DNA of 63,958 nt, filler included, from Octopus bimaculoides (Eukaryota), in the NCBI RefSeq assembly GCF_001194135.2. It is 5 parts of 5 records of this genome, joined end to end, with 100 filler letters (N's around TTAATTAATTAA, not from the genome) between each part and the next. Parts side by side here need not be neighbours in the genome. Positions count along the whole stretch, not along the records: positions 1 to 22,787 come from NC_068988.1; positions 22,888 to 36,409 come from NC_068983.1; 3 more parts are not named here. One strand, given 5' to 3'. Positions 13,260 through 25,797 of the stretch are shown here, one piece after another. A program made the position numbers and the translations under genes. The notes beneath the pieces were generated by a model. That model did no database searches. It saw only the letters and a program-made list of their open reading frames with translations, and was not told the DNA's origin. Numbering within the stretch: the stretch's first letter is position 1; every line of letters starts with the position of its first letter.

Positions 13260-13970
13260 TATATACATATATACTAATATATCTAAATAAGTTGTTTGAT
13301 GCACATACACCGATACACACATACTGATAGATCTAAATAAGTTGTTTGATGCACATACACCAACACACACATACACACACAGCAGAGAGTTAGTGAAGGA
13401 GTAAGTAAGTCCTACGATAGTAACACCTATCATATTCGTTAGTAACACTGTAAGCAGTTGATAAGTAGGGTTTGTTCATATCGCAAGATTTGCTTAACAG
13501 ACGGTGTCGGCGACTTAACATACAAATGTTACAAATGTTGAGGGAGAGTTCAACAAGGGAGTTAATCGTTTCTCCGGCGGCTCTTATTCAAGCAACTTTG
13601 TTATTCTATTCACACTCCTTCTTTCTTACATCATTTTTTTCCCTCGGTTATTTTCTGAACACCCCACAGCAACAATTATAATTATCACTTGAAGCTAACC
13701 ACCAAACAGAATCTGCTTATCGCCATTGCACGCACAAACGAATTTTCTTCTTCTTTCTACAGAAGACTGGATTTCTTCTGTATGCGAAAGTGAAGTCGAG
13801 TGTATAGTTAAAACGATTGCTTTCCAACCAAATGGTTCTTGGTTCAGTCCCACTGCGTGGAACGGTGGGCAAGTGTCTTCTACTATAACCCCAGACCGAC
13901 CAAAGCTTTGCAAGAGTATTTAGAAAACAGAAACTGAAAGAATCCCGTCGAATATATATATATATGTGTG

Positions 13971-14179
13971 TGTTAAATAAAATGAGACAACAAAGCCAAG
14001 GGTGTGTGGAATTTTCAGGACATTTATTAAGACTTACAGCTGTTTCTGGGATATTAGGGATATCCCTTCATCAGAGACGACATGAGATGGTTAAATAGAG
14101 GGAACTACGGTCCGTCCATAGCACTTACATAGCGCTACCTGCCATCTTGCGTCTTCTGGATACTAATACCTCCCATATA
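13971..14179 (-). mobile_element. Penelope-like element terminal (pLTR) fragment
   Basis: Minus strand carries a minimal hammerhead immediately followed by AATAAA, the typical PLE pLTR layout. Truncated by a gap. Confidence 0.6.
14031..14079 (-). ncRNA. Minimal type I hammerhead ribozyme
   Basis: Minus strand reads gtct-CTGATGA-a-GGGATAT(cccta)ATATCCC-a-GAAA-CAGCTG-TA-agtc: 7-bp stem II, palindromic stem III, GUA cleavage triplet. Confidence 0.7.
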
Positions 14180-14271
14180 NNNNNNNNNNNNNNNNNNNNN
14201 NNNNNNNNNNNNNNNNNNNNNNNNNNNNNNNNNNNNNNNNNNNNNNNNNNTATATATATATATATATATAT

Positions 14272-14634
14272 TCTTTTTTTTCATTCTGTCATTTAACTAC
14301 GGCCATGCTGGAGCACCGCCCTTAGTCGAACAAATCGACCCCAGAACTTATTCTTTGAAAGTCTAGTACTTATTCTATGGATCGCTTTTGCCGAACCGCT
14401 AAGTTACGGGGACGCATCGGTTGTCAAGTGATGGTGGGGGTACAAACACAGACACACACATATAAATATATAACGGGCTTCTTTCAGTTTCCTTCTATCA
14501 GATCCACCCACAAGGCTTTTGTCGAGCCAAGGCTATGGTAGTAAACACTTGCCCTAAGTGCCACGCAATGAGACTGAACCCGGAACCACGCGGTTGGGAA
14601 GCAAACTTCTTACCACAAAGCTTCACCTTCACCT
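14272..14634 (-). mobile_element. Family B CORE-type SINE, near full length
   Basis: Head, CORE segment and the GGCGGTGCTCCAGCATGGCC tail are all present in reverse. Confidence 0.85.
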
Positions 14635-14730
14635 ATGCATATAACATTTACTGGGCTTCAATATTGAAAAGAACGGGTTATTTATAATCTTGCTACTGTT
14701 GTATTACTTGAAAGGTTTTGTTTTTTTTAG

Positions 14731-15076
14731 ACAAATCTTTCAGCTGATTAGAATTTGCTGAAAGAAAACTATACGGAAGCTTTTATCGTATTTTACATAA
14801 ATAACTAATAATATTTAGTAGGTTTCACGTTTCAATAGTAACAAAAATGGTTTATTTGTAATCTTGCCAACGTTGTATGAGCTAATGTTTTTTTTTTTAA
14901 TAAATCTCTCAACATAATAGGATTTAGTGAAAGGAAACTATGCGGAAGCGTCTACCAGCATATGTATAACCAACTAATAACACTTAGTGGCTTTCGTGTT
15001 TCAATACCGACAAGGGTTATTTGTAATCCTGATTGCGTTGTATGAGCTGAAGTTTTTTAAACAAATCTTTCAACAC
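14731..15076 (+). repeat. Diverged tandem repeat, about 165-bp unit, two copies plus a stub
   Basis: Units start at 14731, 14900 and 15061 (ACAAATCTTTCA..GAAAGRAAACTATRCGGAAGC..TTATTTGTAATC..CGTTGTATGAGCT). Confidence 0.8.
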
Positions 15077-15151
15077 ATTACAATATTTTAAAAAGTGTAT
15101 TATAATCATATATAAACAAACACGAAAGCAAGCGAGCTTATTATTATTACG

Positions 15152-15194
<43 letters not shown>

Positions 15195-15621
15195 TTTTAA
15201 AATTAGACTTTAAACTTTAAGCTCTTATATCGCTGTGAATTGTTGTTTGACTTTGTTTCATTTTTGACTGAACGTAAATAAACAGTTTCGAAACTTCGTA
15301 GTTAAAATTATATCGTTTAAGTTACAACACTTAAAATAGACATAGTTGTTTATTTTCTTAACGTACTAAATAAACTCCGGTCATATGGTTACCACACTTG
15401 GTGACCATTTTTACGGTCAGTCATAGAAAAGGATTAAAGTACATCTAAATATTGAGCGAGGTTACACAAACTTGAAAGAAAGAAAAAAAGGTTTCTTTAT
15501 TTTTTTTTCTGTTTTTTCGTATTCATTATAGAAAAACAGAATTTTTCAATTACTTTATACTACATACGGTTCAGAGGTGTGATGCCACGAGTTTTTGAGA
15601 AAAGTCAGAAAATGGTAAGAT

Positions 15622-15772
15622 GGCGCAGGAGTGGCTGTGTAAGTAAGTAGCTTGCTTACCAACCACATGGTCCCGGGTTCAGTTCCACTGCGTGGAACCT
15701 TGGGCAAGTGTCTTCTACTATAGCCTCCGGCCGAACAAAGCCTTGTGGGTGGATTTGGTAGCCGGAAACTGA
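15622..15772 (+). mobile_element. Family B SINE, 5' half
   Basis: GGCGCAGGAGTGGCTGTG..CCGGGTTCAGTTCCACTGCGTGGAACCTTGGGCAAGTGTCTTC. Confidence 0.85.
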
Positions 15773-16312
15773 ATTATAACAGAAGACGAAACAGAAATAG
15801 CGAAACAGTTTTGTTTGGCACCACCGTGTATTCTACGGCAGGTCGTGTCTTTTGACACAAATTCAGAAGATGACGCAGCACTAAAAGCTATCGGCAAAAA
15901 ATGGAACATGATCTGGAAATGTAAACGAATATTTGCAGACGTATGAGTGTTTGGTAGGGAGTGGTTCGAAGTGGATGGCATAATTCGATATGAAGGAAAT
16001 TGTAGACGGAGAGTTAAATTTTCTCTGAAGTCAAGGCCATTGCGTTTAACAAAAGTTATATAGCAGAAATGAATGATGTTAAAGAATAATCTAAGAAAAT
16101 TGGTAATTGGCACAGAATTCTTAAGTTTTCATGATTAGGTGAGGATTTATGTAAATCTTTCGGATGAAAAAGAAAATATGATACCAAAGTAGTTATGAAG
16201 AACAAGCAAACAGAATGGGAGTCTTTGAATCTAGCAATGGAACTGGTTGTCTCAGATGACACGTGTAGTTGCTGAACACAGAATTTGCATCAGATCAACT
16301 CTGGCATCGCCA

Positions 16313-16337
16313 ATTACTACTACTACTACTACTACTA

Positions 16338-16385
<48 letters not shown>

Positions 16386-16399
16386 GAGAGAGAGAGAGG

Positions 16400-16474
<75 letters not shown>
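16313..16474. repeat. Compound (TAC)n/(GA)n microsatellite
   Basis: Direct reading; it explains the RERE and SLSL ORFs. Confidence 0.95.
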
Positions 16475-16477
<3 letters not shown>

Positions 16478-17000
16478 TATCACCAGTTTCGTATTTATGT
16501 AAGAAGCCACTGTGAGTATTACTCCGAAGCAGCTATCCATGTCAGGGGCCTTATAGTAAGTACCCTACGGTACTATGGCTCATTAGAGTGGGGTCGGTCG
16601 TTAAAATGGTGCCTGGATGACAACTGTCGACACAATGCAGGGTTGCTTGGTAACCTCATTGAGTGAGATTTTTGCATTCTTTATTGGTTTTAAACATAAG
16701 TGAATAATACTGTACGTAGTTACTATCGCAGATGTCTTCGATTTCTCTTACCCAGATTACAGTACATCTAATCTCTCTATATAAAGATGAGAATGTGTCT
16801 GTCTGTGCGAATCCCTAAAACTCGAGAACTACACAACCAATTTCATTCAAGTTTTACACATACATTACATACAGTCCATGGAGTGTCAGGGGCCCAAAAA
16901 AGGTTTTCAACTTTTTTGCCTACAACGTCGACTACTATGAACTTTTGGATGTCACAGACCAGGCTTGAAGCTTACAAAATTCCTACGCTCGGATCGGATA

Positions 17001-17035
<35 letters not shown>

Positions 17036-18191
17036 GCGCATGTCTGTTTGTTCCTACCTAGCTTGATAACCGGTGTAGGTTTATTTATGTCCCCGTAATC
17101 TAGCGCTTCGGCATAATGGACCGACAGAATAAATACCAGAGTTTAAAAAAGAACAGGTTCTAAGATTGACTTGTTCGACCAAACTTTTCACGGCAGTGCT
17201 GCAGCGTGGCCGCAGTCCAATGACTAAAACAAAGAAAAAGATAACAATGAGTGATACACCACCACCTCCACTGCTGCTACTACTACTACTACTACTATGC
17301 TATTCTATGATTGTACGGCCGATAGTTTAGGACGTCCTTGTTGACATTCACGATTCTAATCACCGAAGCGTGACTGACTGATCCTCGCCTCGACCGCCAC
17401 CAGCAACGTAGTAAGGAAGTGGTTCTTTAAACCACTCGACCGTACAATGGAAATGAAATCTACTTTTCTGCTCGATATCTGCTGTGGGATTTCATCTCAT
17501 TATTTTTAAGAAATAAATTTTTAGTCACAAAGATACTCACCACCACCGGTCACTCTGATTTTTAGGGGTCTTTCATCTTTCCGAGCTCAATTCGTGAGTA
17601 CTGACACGAAAATCTACTTTTAAGTTGATACAATCAAACGCATACATACACATATACGTACATGCACATATATACATACATACATACATGCATGCATATA
17701 AATAGACATATATACGTAGTTGTTCTCAAGTGTCACTTAGTAAGCGTGACACATCTTCTAGAGGCGAATACCATACAATATATATATTGTATGGTATTCG
17801 ATATACCTGTATTAGCCTATGGTGTTCAAATACAGTCCCAATGACCACTAGGAATGATTTTCCCCAATTTTTTTTTAATGAGTGTGTGTGTTTAATTTTC
17901 CTTCTTGTTTCAGTCATTTGACTGCGGTCATGCTGGGGCACCACCTTGATGGGATTTAGTCGAGCAAATCGACCCCAAGACTTATTTCTTTTAAAGTCTG
18001 GTACTTAATCAGTGTCTTTTGTCGAATCGCTAATTTACAGGGACGTAAACGCACCATCAGCGGTTGTGGAGCGGTGGCGGTGGGGGATAGAGACACAAAG
18101 GCGCACACATATTGATTCCGAATGTAAAACATACGTGCACACCATCAATAATAATAATAACGATGATGATGATGATGATGATTTCAAATTT

Positions 18192-18371
18192 TAGCCACAA
18201 GGGTAGCTTGGGGGTGGATTAAGTCGATTACATCGACGCCAGTACGTAACTGGTACTTATTTAATCGACCTCGAAAGGATGAAAGGCAATCGGCGGAATT
18301 TGAACTCAGAACGTAAAGACTGACGAAACACTGCAATCCATTTTGCCAGGTATGCTAACGATTCTGCCAGC
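18192..18371 (-). mobile_element. Family A tRNA-derived SINE
   Basis: Reverse of the ..GAGTTCAAATTCCGCC..CCTTTCGAGGTCGATTAAATAAGTACCAG.. central domain, which resembles the Meta/MESC-type SINE domain (recalled, not verified). Confidence 0.8.
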
Positions 18372-18406
<35 letters not shown>

Positions 18407-18410
18407 TAAC

Positions 18411-18466
<56 letters not shown>

Positions 18467-19462
18467 GTGAAGGTGGAAAGTGCTATCTCCCAGCGAATTT
18501 GCGAAAAGACGGGTGACTGGTAAAAATGGTTGGGTTGAACGGTCCTACTTAAGTGTACGCCTTTAGATTTGGAGAGCAAGGGAGGAAGAGAGAGAGCTCG
18601 TAACATTGGTGGTCAGGATAATCTGAGATCTGTGGAGTCCTTGATTGGCCCTAGCTAAAGTTTCCCCTTTAATCAGGAGAACTGCATCATTTATGTTATC
18701 ACATTCTTTGTCAACTATGTGTATTTTTATCCCATTTTACCCTCTACCCCTTTCATAAACCCCCACACAAATTGCTGCCTGTCCTCGTGTCATCTATATT
18801 CCTGTCGCAACTAGAAACTATTATTTCTTTATCTATTTGTACACAATAACGACAAAAAGACACAAAAAAATCCTAACCCGATATTGTTTTAATAAGTGTT
18901 TAATCCCGTGACATATTAATTTGTGCTTTTCCTTTTATTGGTCTTATCACAATGACTCTCCGGACTAGTGACACGTGTAAACTATGTTTAGCTGATAAGT
19001 AGTGCATATAAATAACAACAATGGACATGAATACTAACCATAGATCTTCTCAGATAAATTAGGCACAGTAATTATCGATTGGATTATATTAAACTCAACT
19101 ATTTGCTGTCTTACTATTTTATTTATATCACAGAGTTTTGATTAGAATAATTTTCAACAAACATCCTCAAAACTGACATCGGTCGAAAATATGGATAAAA
19201 ACCATTAAAAGATAATTAGATTGATAATCTTTTAATAATCCGAATATATTTCTTGTGGATTAGTGTATCTCTAACTTAGGAATGCTAATATTCTTTTCAG
19301 AACATGCTGGGAACTTAGATTAAACTTCACCGGTCTTTCAAGAAGATTTAGCCACTTTTGTTACCATATTCCAGTTAAAAATGCATTGCATTTGTTTTAA
19401 TTAATTTAGCAAATAATGAAGAATTTAGCAAAATATCTTTGTCGATAATAAACTAGTATTAA

Positions 19463-19680
19463 GGCAGCGAGCTGGCAGATTCGTTATAGCACGCCGGGCG
19501 AAATGCTTAGCGGCGTTTCACCATCTTTACGTATCGAGTTCAAATGCCGTTGATATCGACTTTGCTTTTCATCGTTTCGGGGTCGATAAAATAAGTACCA
19601 GTTGCGTACTGGGGTCGATTTAATCGACCTACATCCCAGAATTCCTGCCCATGTGCCATAATTTGAAACCAAGATTAAGC
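19463..19680 (+). mobile_element. Family A SINE
   Basis: GGCAGCGAGCTGGCAG head, GAGTTCAAAT B box and TTTCGGGGTCGATAAAATAAGTACC domain. Confidence 0.85.
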
Positions 19681-19709
19681 TAGTATTTGAAACATGAAAT
19701 TTCATGCGA

Positions 19710-20050
19710 AGCTTTAGAAGTTTGCTTCCCCACCACATGATTCTAGGTTCAATCTCACTGCGTGAGGTCTTCAGCAAGTTTCTTCTACTACAGCCTCGGC
19801 CTATAGTAGACGGAAACTGGAAGAAGCCCTTCGTGCATGTGTGTGTGTGTGTGTGTGTTTGTATCTGTTCGCCACCACTGCTTGACAACTCGTGTTAGTG
19901 TGTTTACGCCCCCGTAACATAGCGATTCGGCAAAACAGAGCAAAAAAAAAAAGCTAAATACTAGAGTCGGTTCGTTTGATTAAAATTCTTCGAAGCGGTG
20001 CTCCAGCATGGCCGCAGTCTAATGACTGAAACAAGTCAATGGATAAAAGA
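19710..20050 (+). mobile_element. Family B SINE with internal deletion
   Basis: Head remnant, internal (TG)n and the GCGGTGCTCCAGCATGGCCGCAGTC tail. Confidence 0.75.
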
Positions 20051-20115
20051 TTAAGAATTTAGTAAAATAATTTTGGTATTATTAATAGTTGGAGTTTGAA
20101 ACATAAATCGACGAC

Positions 20116-20146
<31 letters not shown>

Positions 20147-22682
20147 GCCATCGCGTCAAAATGGTAGAATTTGTTGTTGTTGTTGCAACTGTTGTAAAAT
20201 ATATCAATGTTTGTAGAGACGATGCTATTCAGCGAAAAGTAAACATCGCTTTTCACAAGCTTCATTCAATCCCAGCATGCCACTGCGTTTCACGTCTGCT
20301 TTAACACACCTAGTATATATTAACAGGTGAAAAACAGGAACCGGTGCCAAAAAAATAGATTCTAGCGAAGAAAAATTGTAAAACCAGTTTCCATGCAGCA
20401 ATATGGTAAACCGATATCTTGAGGAACTCGTAGAGAGAATCAAGGAAAGAAGAGGAATAATATGAACAGCAGATTTTTGTTAAAATTACATAAGGATCTC
20501 CGTCAGTTGTAACGATGAGTAGTAATTCATAATGTCTGATCATCTGAATTACCTGTACATTTGTATTAACGCGTTAGTGACTGAGTACTCCACAGACATT
20601 TGATCCATTTAGAGTTATAACTGGCCCTTGAATTATCGATACAATTCATTGATAGGCTTCTACATAGTTTCCGACTTAGTAAAACTTCATGCATAACGTT
20701 TGTGTCGATTATTTCATTCTCATATCATTCCCTTGTTATGTTATTTCCGACAACAGTTAAATAGTGATACATACTGTACACCATTCAATAAAAAAAAATG
20801 TTACATATTTCTACATTTTCTCCTAATTATTTCCCTTTTACTTTAACAGTTGCTCGATTCTGCTGCAAGAGATATAAGAACAAAATTTGTCCGAGATGTT
20901 ACGCAGCAGGATCGAACCTGTTACCTCATAATTAGGAGGTGAACGTCTTGAGTCCTCGGCCATGCTGGAGAATACGACATATCACATAATAAAACAAGAA
21001 ACTATAACGATTTAGAAACTTCGAGAAACGAGAAATAATTCGTTTTAAATGGTAGAACTCGAAGTAGATAAAGCTATAATTAATATCGAGTAAATATTGG
21101 TTAAAAAAAACTTCTGACTAGGAAAAAGTGACAGCTGCCAGTGGGTTCGTACCCCATGGGCAGCATTCGCCTTTTTCCATCCAAGGTTTTCTTTTTAACC
21201 CTATGTTCTTTAGTTATAGCTGTATCTACTTCGAGTTCCACCGCTCAAAACCAATTATTACAAGGCTTGTGTGAGTAGAATATGGTGAGGGAAAGAAAAT
21301 TACCCTAGATGCCACGCTGCTCAAAACTGCAAATCGTATTTCTCAGTGACTTGGCCATACTTCAGAACGACATAACAAAGTTTGTCATAAGAGAAAAGAA
21401 AAAGTACCCAAGATGCCTAACAATGGAATCGAACCCGTCACTTCAAGACTGCGAAGCATATTTCTCATCCTCTGGGTTATACTGTAAGAACACAACATAT
21501 CACATTGCCATAAAACAACGCAACTACAAGTGACACTCTGATTTATGACTTACAAAGAAATATAAAACCTGTCTGTTGATATTTATCTCAGTGAATCAGA
21601 GATTAAAGACACAGGCTTGGCTGTGTGGTTAAGAAACTCGCTTTGCAACCACGTGCCTTCGGATTCAATTCTACAATGTGGTGTCTTATACTATAGCTCT
21701 GAACCGATCTAATGCCTTGTGAATGAATCCGGTAAATGGAAACTCTGTATGTGTGTTTCTGGTTGTCTCTCCACCACCGCTTGACAACCGGTATTGGTTT
21801 GTTTAAGTCAGTATAACTTAGTGGCTCGACAAATGGGATAAATATTGGGGTCAATTCATTCAACAAAACCCTTACAAATATCTTATTTCTCTAAGTGCCG
21901 ATTCATTCTCATATCATTTCCTTATGTTATTTCCTGCGACACCTAAACAACGCGTACAATATACCAATCATAAAAAAGGTTACATGTTTCTATAACACAT
22001 TCCCCTAATTATTTCTCTTTAACTTTAACAGTCGCTAAATTCTGGCGCTAGATATATATACTGATATATATTTCTACTCATACATCCACTTCTCTCGACG
22101 ATTTTACACAAAACACCATAAAATGAATACGCACAAAACCATAGGATATGTACAGTATATTAATTCAGCGTCTCATCTGAATCTATTTCTACAATTTATT
22201 CGATAATCTTATCATAAAACAGCCATAAATTTTCAATCGTTTTCCACTTTTCTATAAAGCAAGTCATTGTCGTTTTTGATTACCTGTAAGTTTGATTTTC
22301 ACTATCAGAATTTTGACTCATCCGGTTTAAAGTCCGCCATTTGTATCTATGTTTGATGTACTTTATTTAGTGTAACCACTCTTCTCAGATCAAGGTCACC
22401 ACGATTAAATCTGAATCTGATATCATTCTTAAAAATAGAGAATGGATCTTTTTTAAAACGGGGGCCACATCTTTCATTAACGAAACACTTTGAAACTTGG
22501 AACACTGGTAGAATGTGTCATATAAAACATCTTTTTCTCTTAGTCTTCTTAAAAAAAAAAGAAATCCATAAATTATTCCATGTTAAAGTTGTCGTATTTC
22601 TGTAATTTCAACCAATCACTGACGTCCATTCAGCCGATATACATTAAGCGCCGACTACATAAACAAACGATTCTGAAACAAT

Positions 22683-22780
22683 TAACCCTAACCCTAACCC
22701 TAACCCTAACCCTAGGGTTAGGGTTAGGGCTAGGGTTAGAGTTAGGGTTAGGGTTAGAGTTAGGGTTAGGGTTAGGGTTA
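22683..22780. repeat. Inverted interstitial telomere-type repeat (CCCTAA)n-(TTAGGG)n
   Basis: Five TAACCC units meet about 11 TTAGGG/TTAGAG units at a palindromic AACCCT|AGGGTT centre (22713/22714), next to a gap. Confidence 0.92.
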
Positions 22781-22831
22781 AAGCAAANNNNNNNNNNNNN
22801 NNNNNNNNNNNNNNNNNNNNNNNNNNNNNNN

Positions 22832-22843
22832 TTAATTAATTAA
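22832..22843. other. Assembly linker TTAATTAATTAA (artefact)
   Basis: Identical 12-mer with stops in all six frames, centred in N runs here and at 36454, 52712 and 62875. Confidence 0.95.
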
Positions 22844-23176
22844 NNNNNNNNNNNNNNNNNNNNNNNNNNNNNNNNNNNNNNNNNNNNTCTTATACACCAG
22901 ATGTGTCATCAAAACTCTTGATTGGACTATATCAGGTGCAGGAGAAGTGCCATGCAAGGAACGTGAAGAGAGCAAAGCATAAAGACAGAAAATCACGGTG
23001 GTGCTCCAGCATGACCACAGCCACTTGGCTGAAACCCATAAATAAATAAATAAATAAATATATAAATATACATATAGGTACTGTAAGTTTAGAGGGAATA
23101 CGTGATAAGTGTAAGCATCTGTATATGCCAGATAGTGGCAGAGGTGAGAGAATATATCAAACATAAATTAAAAATA

Positions 23177-23693
23177 GAACACAAAGGATATCGCGGTACA
23201 CGTGTTTCAAGCTTTATAGGTAAAAAAATAAAAAGTAAAAATAAAATAAAGTAATAGAAGTAACTTCTATTACTAATAAAAGTAATAGAAGTACTTCTAT
23301 TACTAATTTTACTTCTATTACTTTTATTATATTTTTTATTTTTATTTTTTACCTTTTATCTTTTCTGTCTATCTTGTACACGCTGGTTAAATATAAACTC
23401 AATCCAATATATTTAATATCCACTCTATACTGAATAGCGGTACAGTATGGGCAGATTTTTGAAATTCAACGATCCTTTACACAAATATACCTTTTCAGAG
23501 GGATGTGATAAACCTATTATTATGGGTTATACTACGTGTACTTTTTCTTTTGTTATATAATCTTTAGACTAACAATGTTTGCGGCTGAGGAGAGCTTTAC
23601 AGCATCTTTTATATCAATAATATACCAATGGTGATGTAATAACAGATTGTTTATAAAGTTTGAAACACGTGTACCGCGATATCCTTTGCGTTC
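23177..23693. mobile_element. MITE with about 42-bp TIRs
   Basis: GAACACAAAGGATATCGCGGTACACGTGTTTCAAGCTTTATA at left; its reverse complement at right has 2 mismatches. No ORF. Confidence 0.85.
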
Positions 23694-23709
23694 AAGACAT
23701 ACACACTTC

Positions 23710-23945
23710 ACGTCTGGCTGTACAGCCTTTTTGTTTGTTTATTTCACCGTTTCGTTTTCCTGTCTTGTTTTCCGTCCGCCACTACCCTCCACGAAAACAA
23801 TTTAATTTGTGTTCGTGGGAAGAACCATTTTAACGATGCGTACTGCCTTAATTCTTCGAAACGCCGGAGTTTTAATGGTGGCAGCTGATGAAGGGGATGT
23901 TTCTATGTGGCCTGCTTGTTTGTTGCACCTTGTTTACCATTTTGT
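23710..23945 (+). repeat. Unclassified interspersed repeat (second copy at 45557-45805)
   Basis: Shared ACGTCTGGCT..TTTAATTTG..TCTTCGAAACGC..GGTGGCAGCT..CTATGTGGCCTG. Possibly Penelope-related. Confidence 0.65.
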
Positions 23946-24424
23946 CCTTGTTCTTTTGCCACGTCATGTACCCAGTTATGTATCTATATGTACATGTAGA
24001 TGAACGTATATACATACATGTACATGTATATGCATATACTCATATATTGTTTATATATATANNNNNNNNNNNNNNNNNNNNNNNNNNNNNNNNNNNNNNN
24101 NNNNNNNNNNNNNNNNNNNNNNNNNNNNNNNNNNNNNNNNNNNNNNNNNNNNNNNNNNNNNNNNNNNNNNNNNNNNNNNNNNNNNNNNNNNNNNNNNNNN
24201 NNNNNNNNNNNNNNNNNNNNNNNNNNNNNNNNNNNNNNNNNNNNNNNNNNNNNNNNNNNNNNNNNNNNNNNNNNNNNNNNNNNNNNNNNNNNNNNNNNNN
24301 NNNNNNNNNNNNNNNNNNNNNNNNNNNNNNNNNNNNNNNNNNNNNNNNNNNNNNNNNNNNNNNNNNNNNNNNNNNNNNNNNNNNNNNNNNNNNNNNNNNN
24401 NNNNNNNNNNNNNNNNNNNNNNNN

Positions 24425-24483
<59 letters not shown>

Positions 24484-25749
24484 GGACACACACGCACACA
24501 CATATGCATCTGTATGTGTTATCGCAATTGTATGTTGAAATTTATCTGAAATGATTTTAACTATCATGCCATTGAAAATGTGTTTATGTCACAATAGTCT
24601 GATCGGAGAAGAAAATTAACAAGACGATATCAGGATATTGATTTTTTGAAAATTAAACATTGAAAGTCTACTACTTCTCTATCCTTTGCATCGTTCCAGG
24701 ATTTTTTCTTGGATATCGACTGGTTTCTACCGCGTTAATCTATGGCTTAAAACCATAGTGGGATACGTTAACGTGGTTTATATTGCAAAGATGTTTTGTA
24801 CGATTTTGAAAATCACGGTCATGATTGAAGAGCTTCAAAATGTACAGAATGTTTGTACAATTAACATACCCGCACACGCAGATACAAACACACACACACA
24901 CACGTATGCATATAATATACATACATATGTAAGTTTCAATACATATATGTATAATTACATGTGTGTGTGTTAGGTCAGTTTTGAGGTCTCTTGTGATCAC
25001 TATTGGTAACATGGAAAGCAGTAAACCTTTTGCGTGGTCGGGTTGTTGGCGTCTAAATCGGCTCCACCACAAAGCTCTCGTTCTGAGAAGGGTAACTAGA
25101 AATTCAGCAGGACTAGAAACAATGAACAGTGTGAATATATCGATGTTTCAAAGAACGTGTAGCAATAGCATTTGCCCCAAAAGTTTCCAGGTTGGTGTCC
25201 GTCATGTTGAAAGACCACTGCGTGTGAAGCGCCCCTTACATTTTGCTAAAGTGTTTCTTTAGTAGTAGACCACTCTGATGTAAAACTGGATATGCAGGGA
25301 ATGACACGGCAGATTTTGGGGATCTTGTACTTGTGCTTGAGATGATGGCACTAGCTTGAGATGATGGCACTAGCTTGAGGATTGCGTTAAGACACCAACA
25401 ATATTAAAGATACTGAGATGTTTTCATTGCCTGACACGCCCCCCCCCCCAAGAAAAACACACACACACATACATGCATATATAGGATGGCTTCTCCCGGC
25501 GAAGAGTGTTCAGTTTTATGCCGAATGACCTGTAAAAATGATTTATTTATAGTGATCAAAGGTTCCTGCTGCACATTAGCTCACTTTCTATATCAAACCG
25601 ACCCAAACATCATCTGAGAAAGGCGATAAAGCCAAAAATTCAATCTCTTTCACCCTCTTCCTTGTTAATGCTTGATAAATATGAGCTTTGCTAAAACGCA
25701 TTAAGCAAAGCTGTAGGATAACGTTTAATTGTTTTATTTATATTTTTCT

Positions 25750-25797
<48 letters not shown>

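Noticed and set aside
22683-22780. Chromosome fusion scar or true telomere
   Set aside because: Orientation is opposite to a fusion, the array is short, and ordinary sequence follows the gap.
22832-22843. TTAATTAATTAA palindrome recurring four times
   Set aside because: Always centred in 100-bp N blocks, with stops in all six frames. It is a scaffolding linker, not biology.
23850-23900. GAAA..CTGATGA as a type II hammerhead
   Set aside because: Stems I and III cannot be formed, and the second copy at about 45710-45740 lacks the core.
25339-25379. 19-bp tandem duplication GAGATGATGGCACTAGCTT
   Set aside because: An ordinary slippage event with no further structure.
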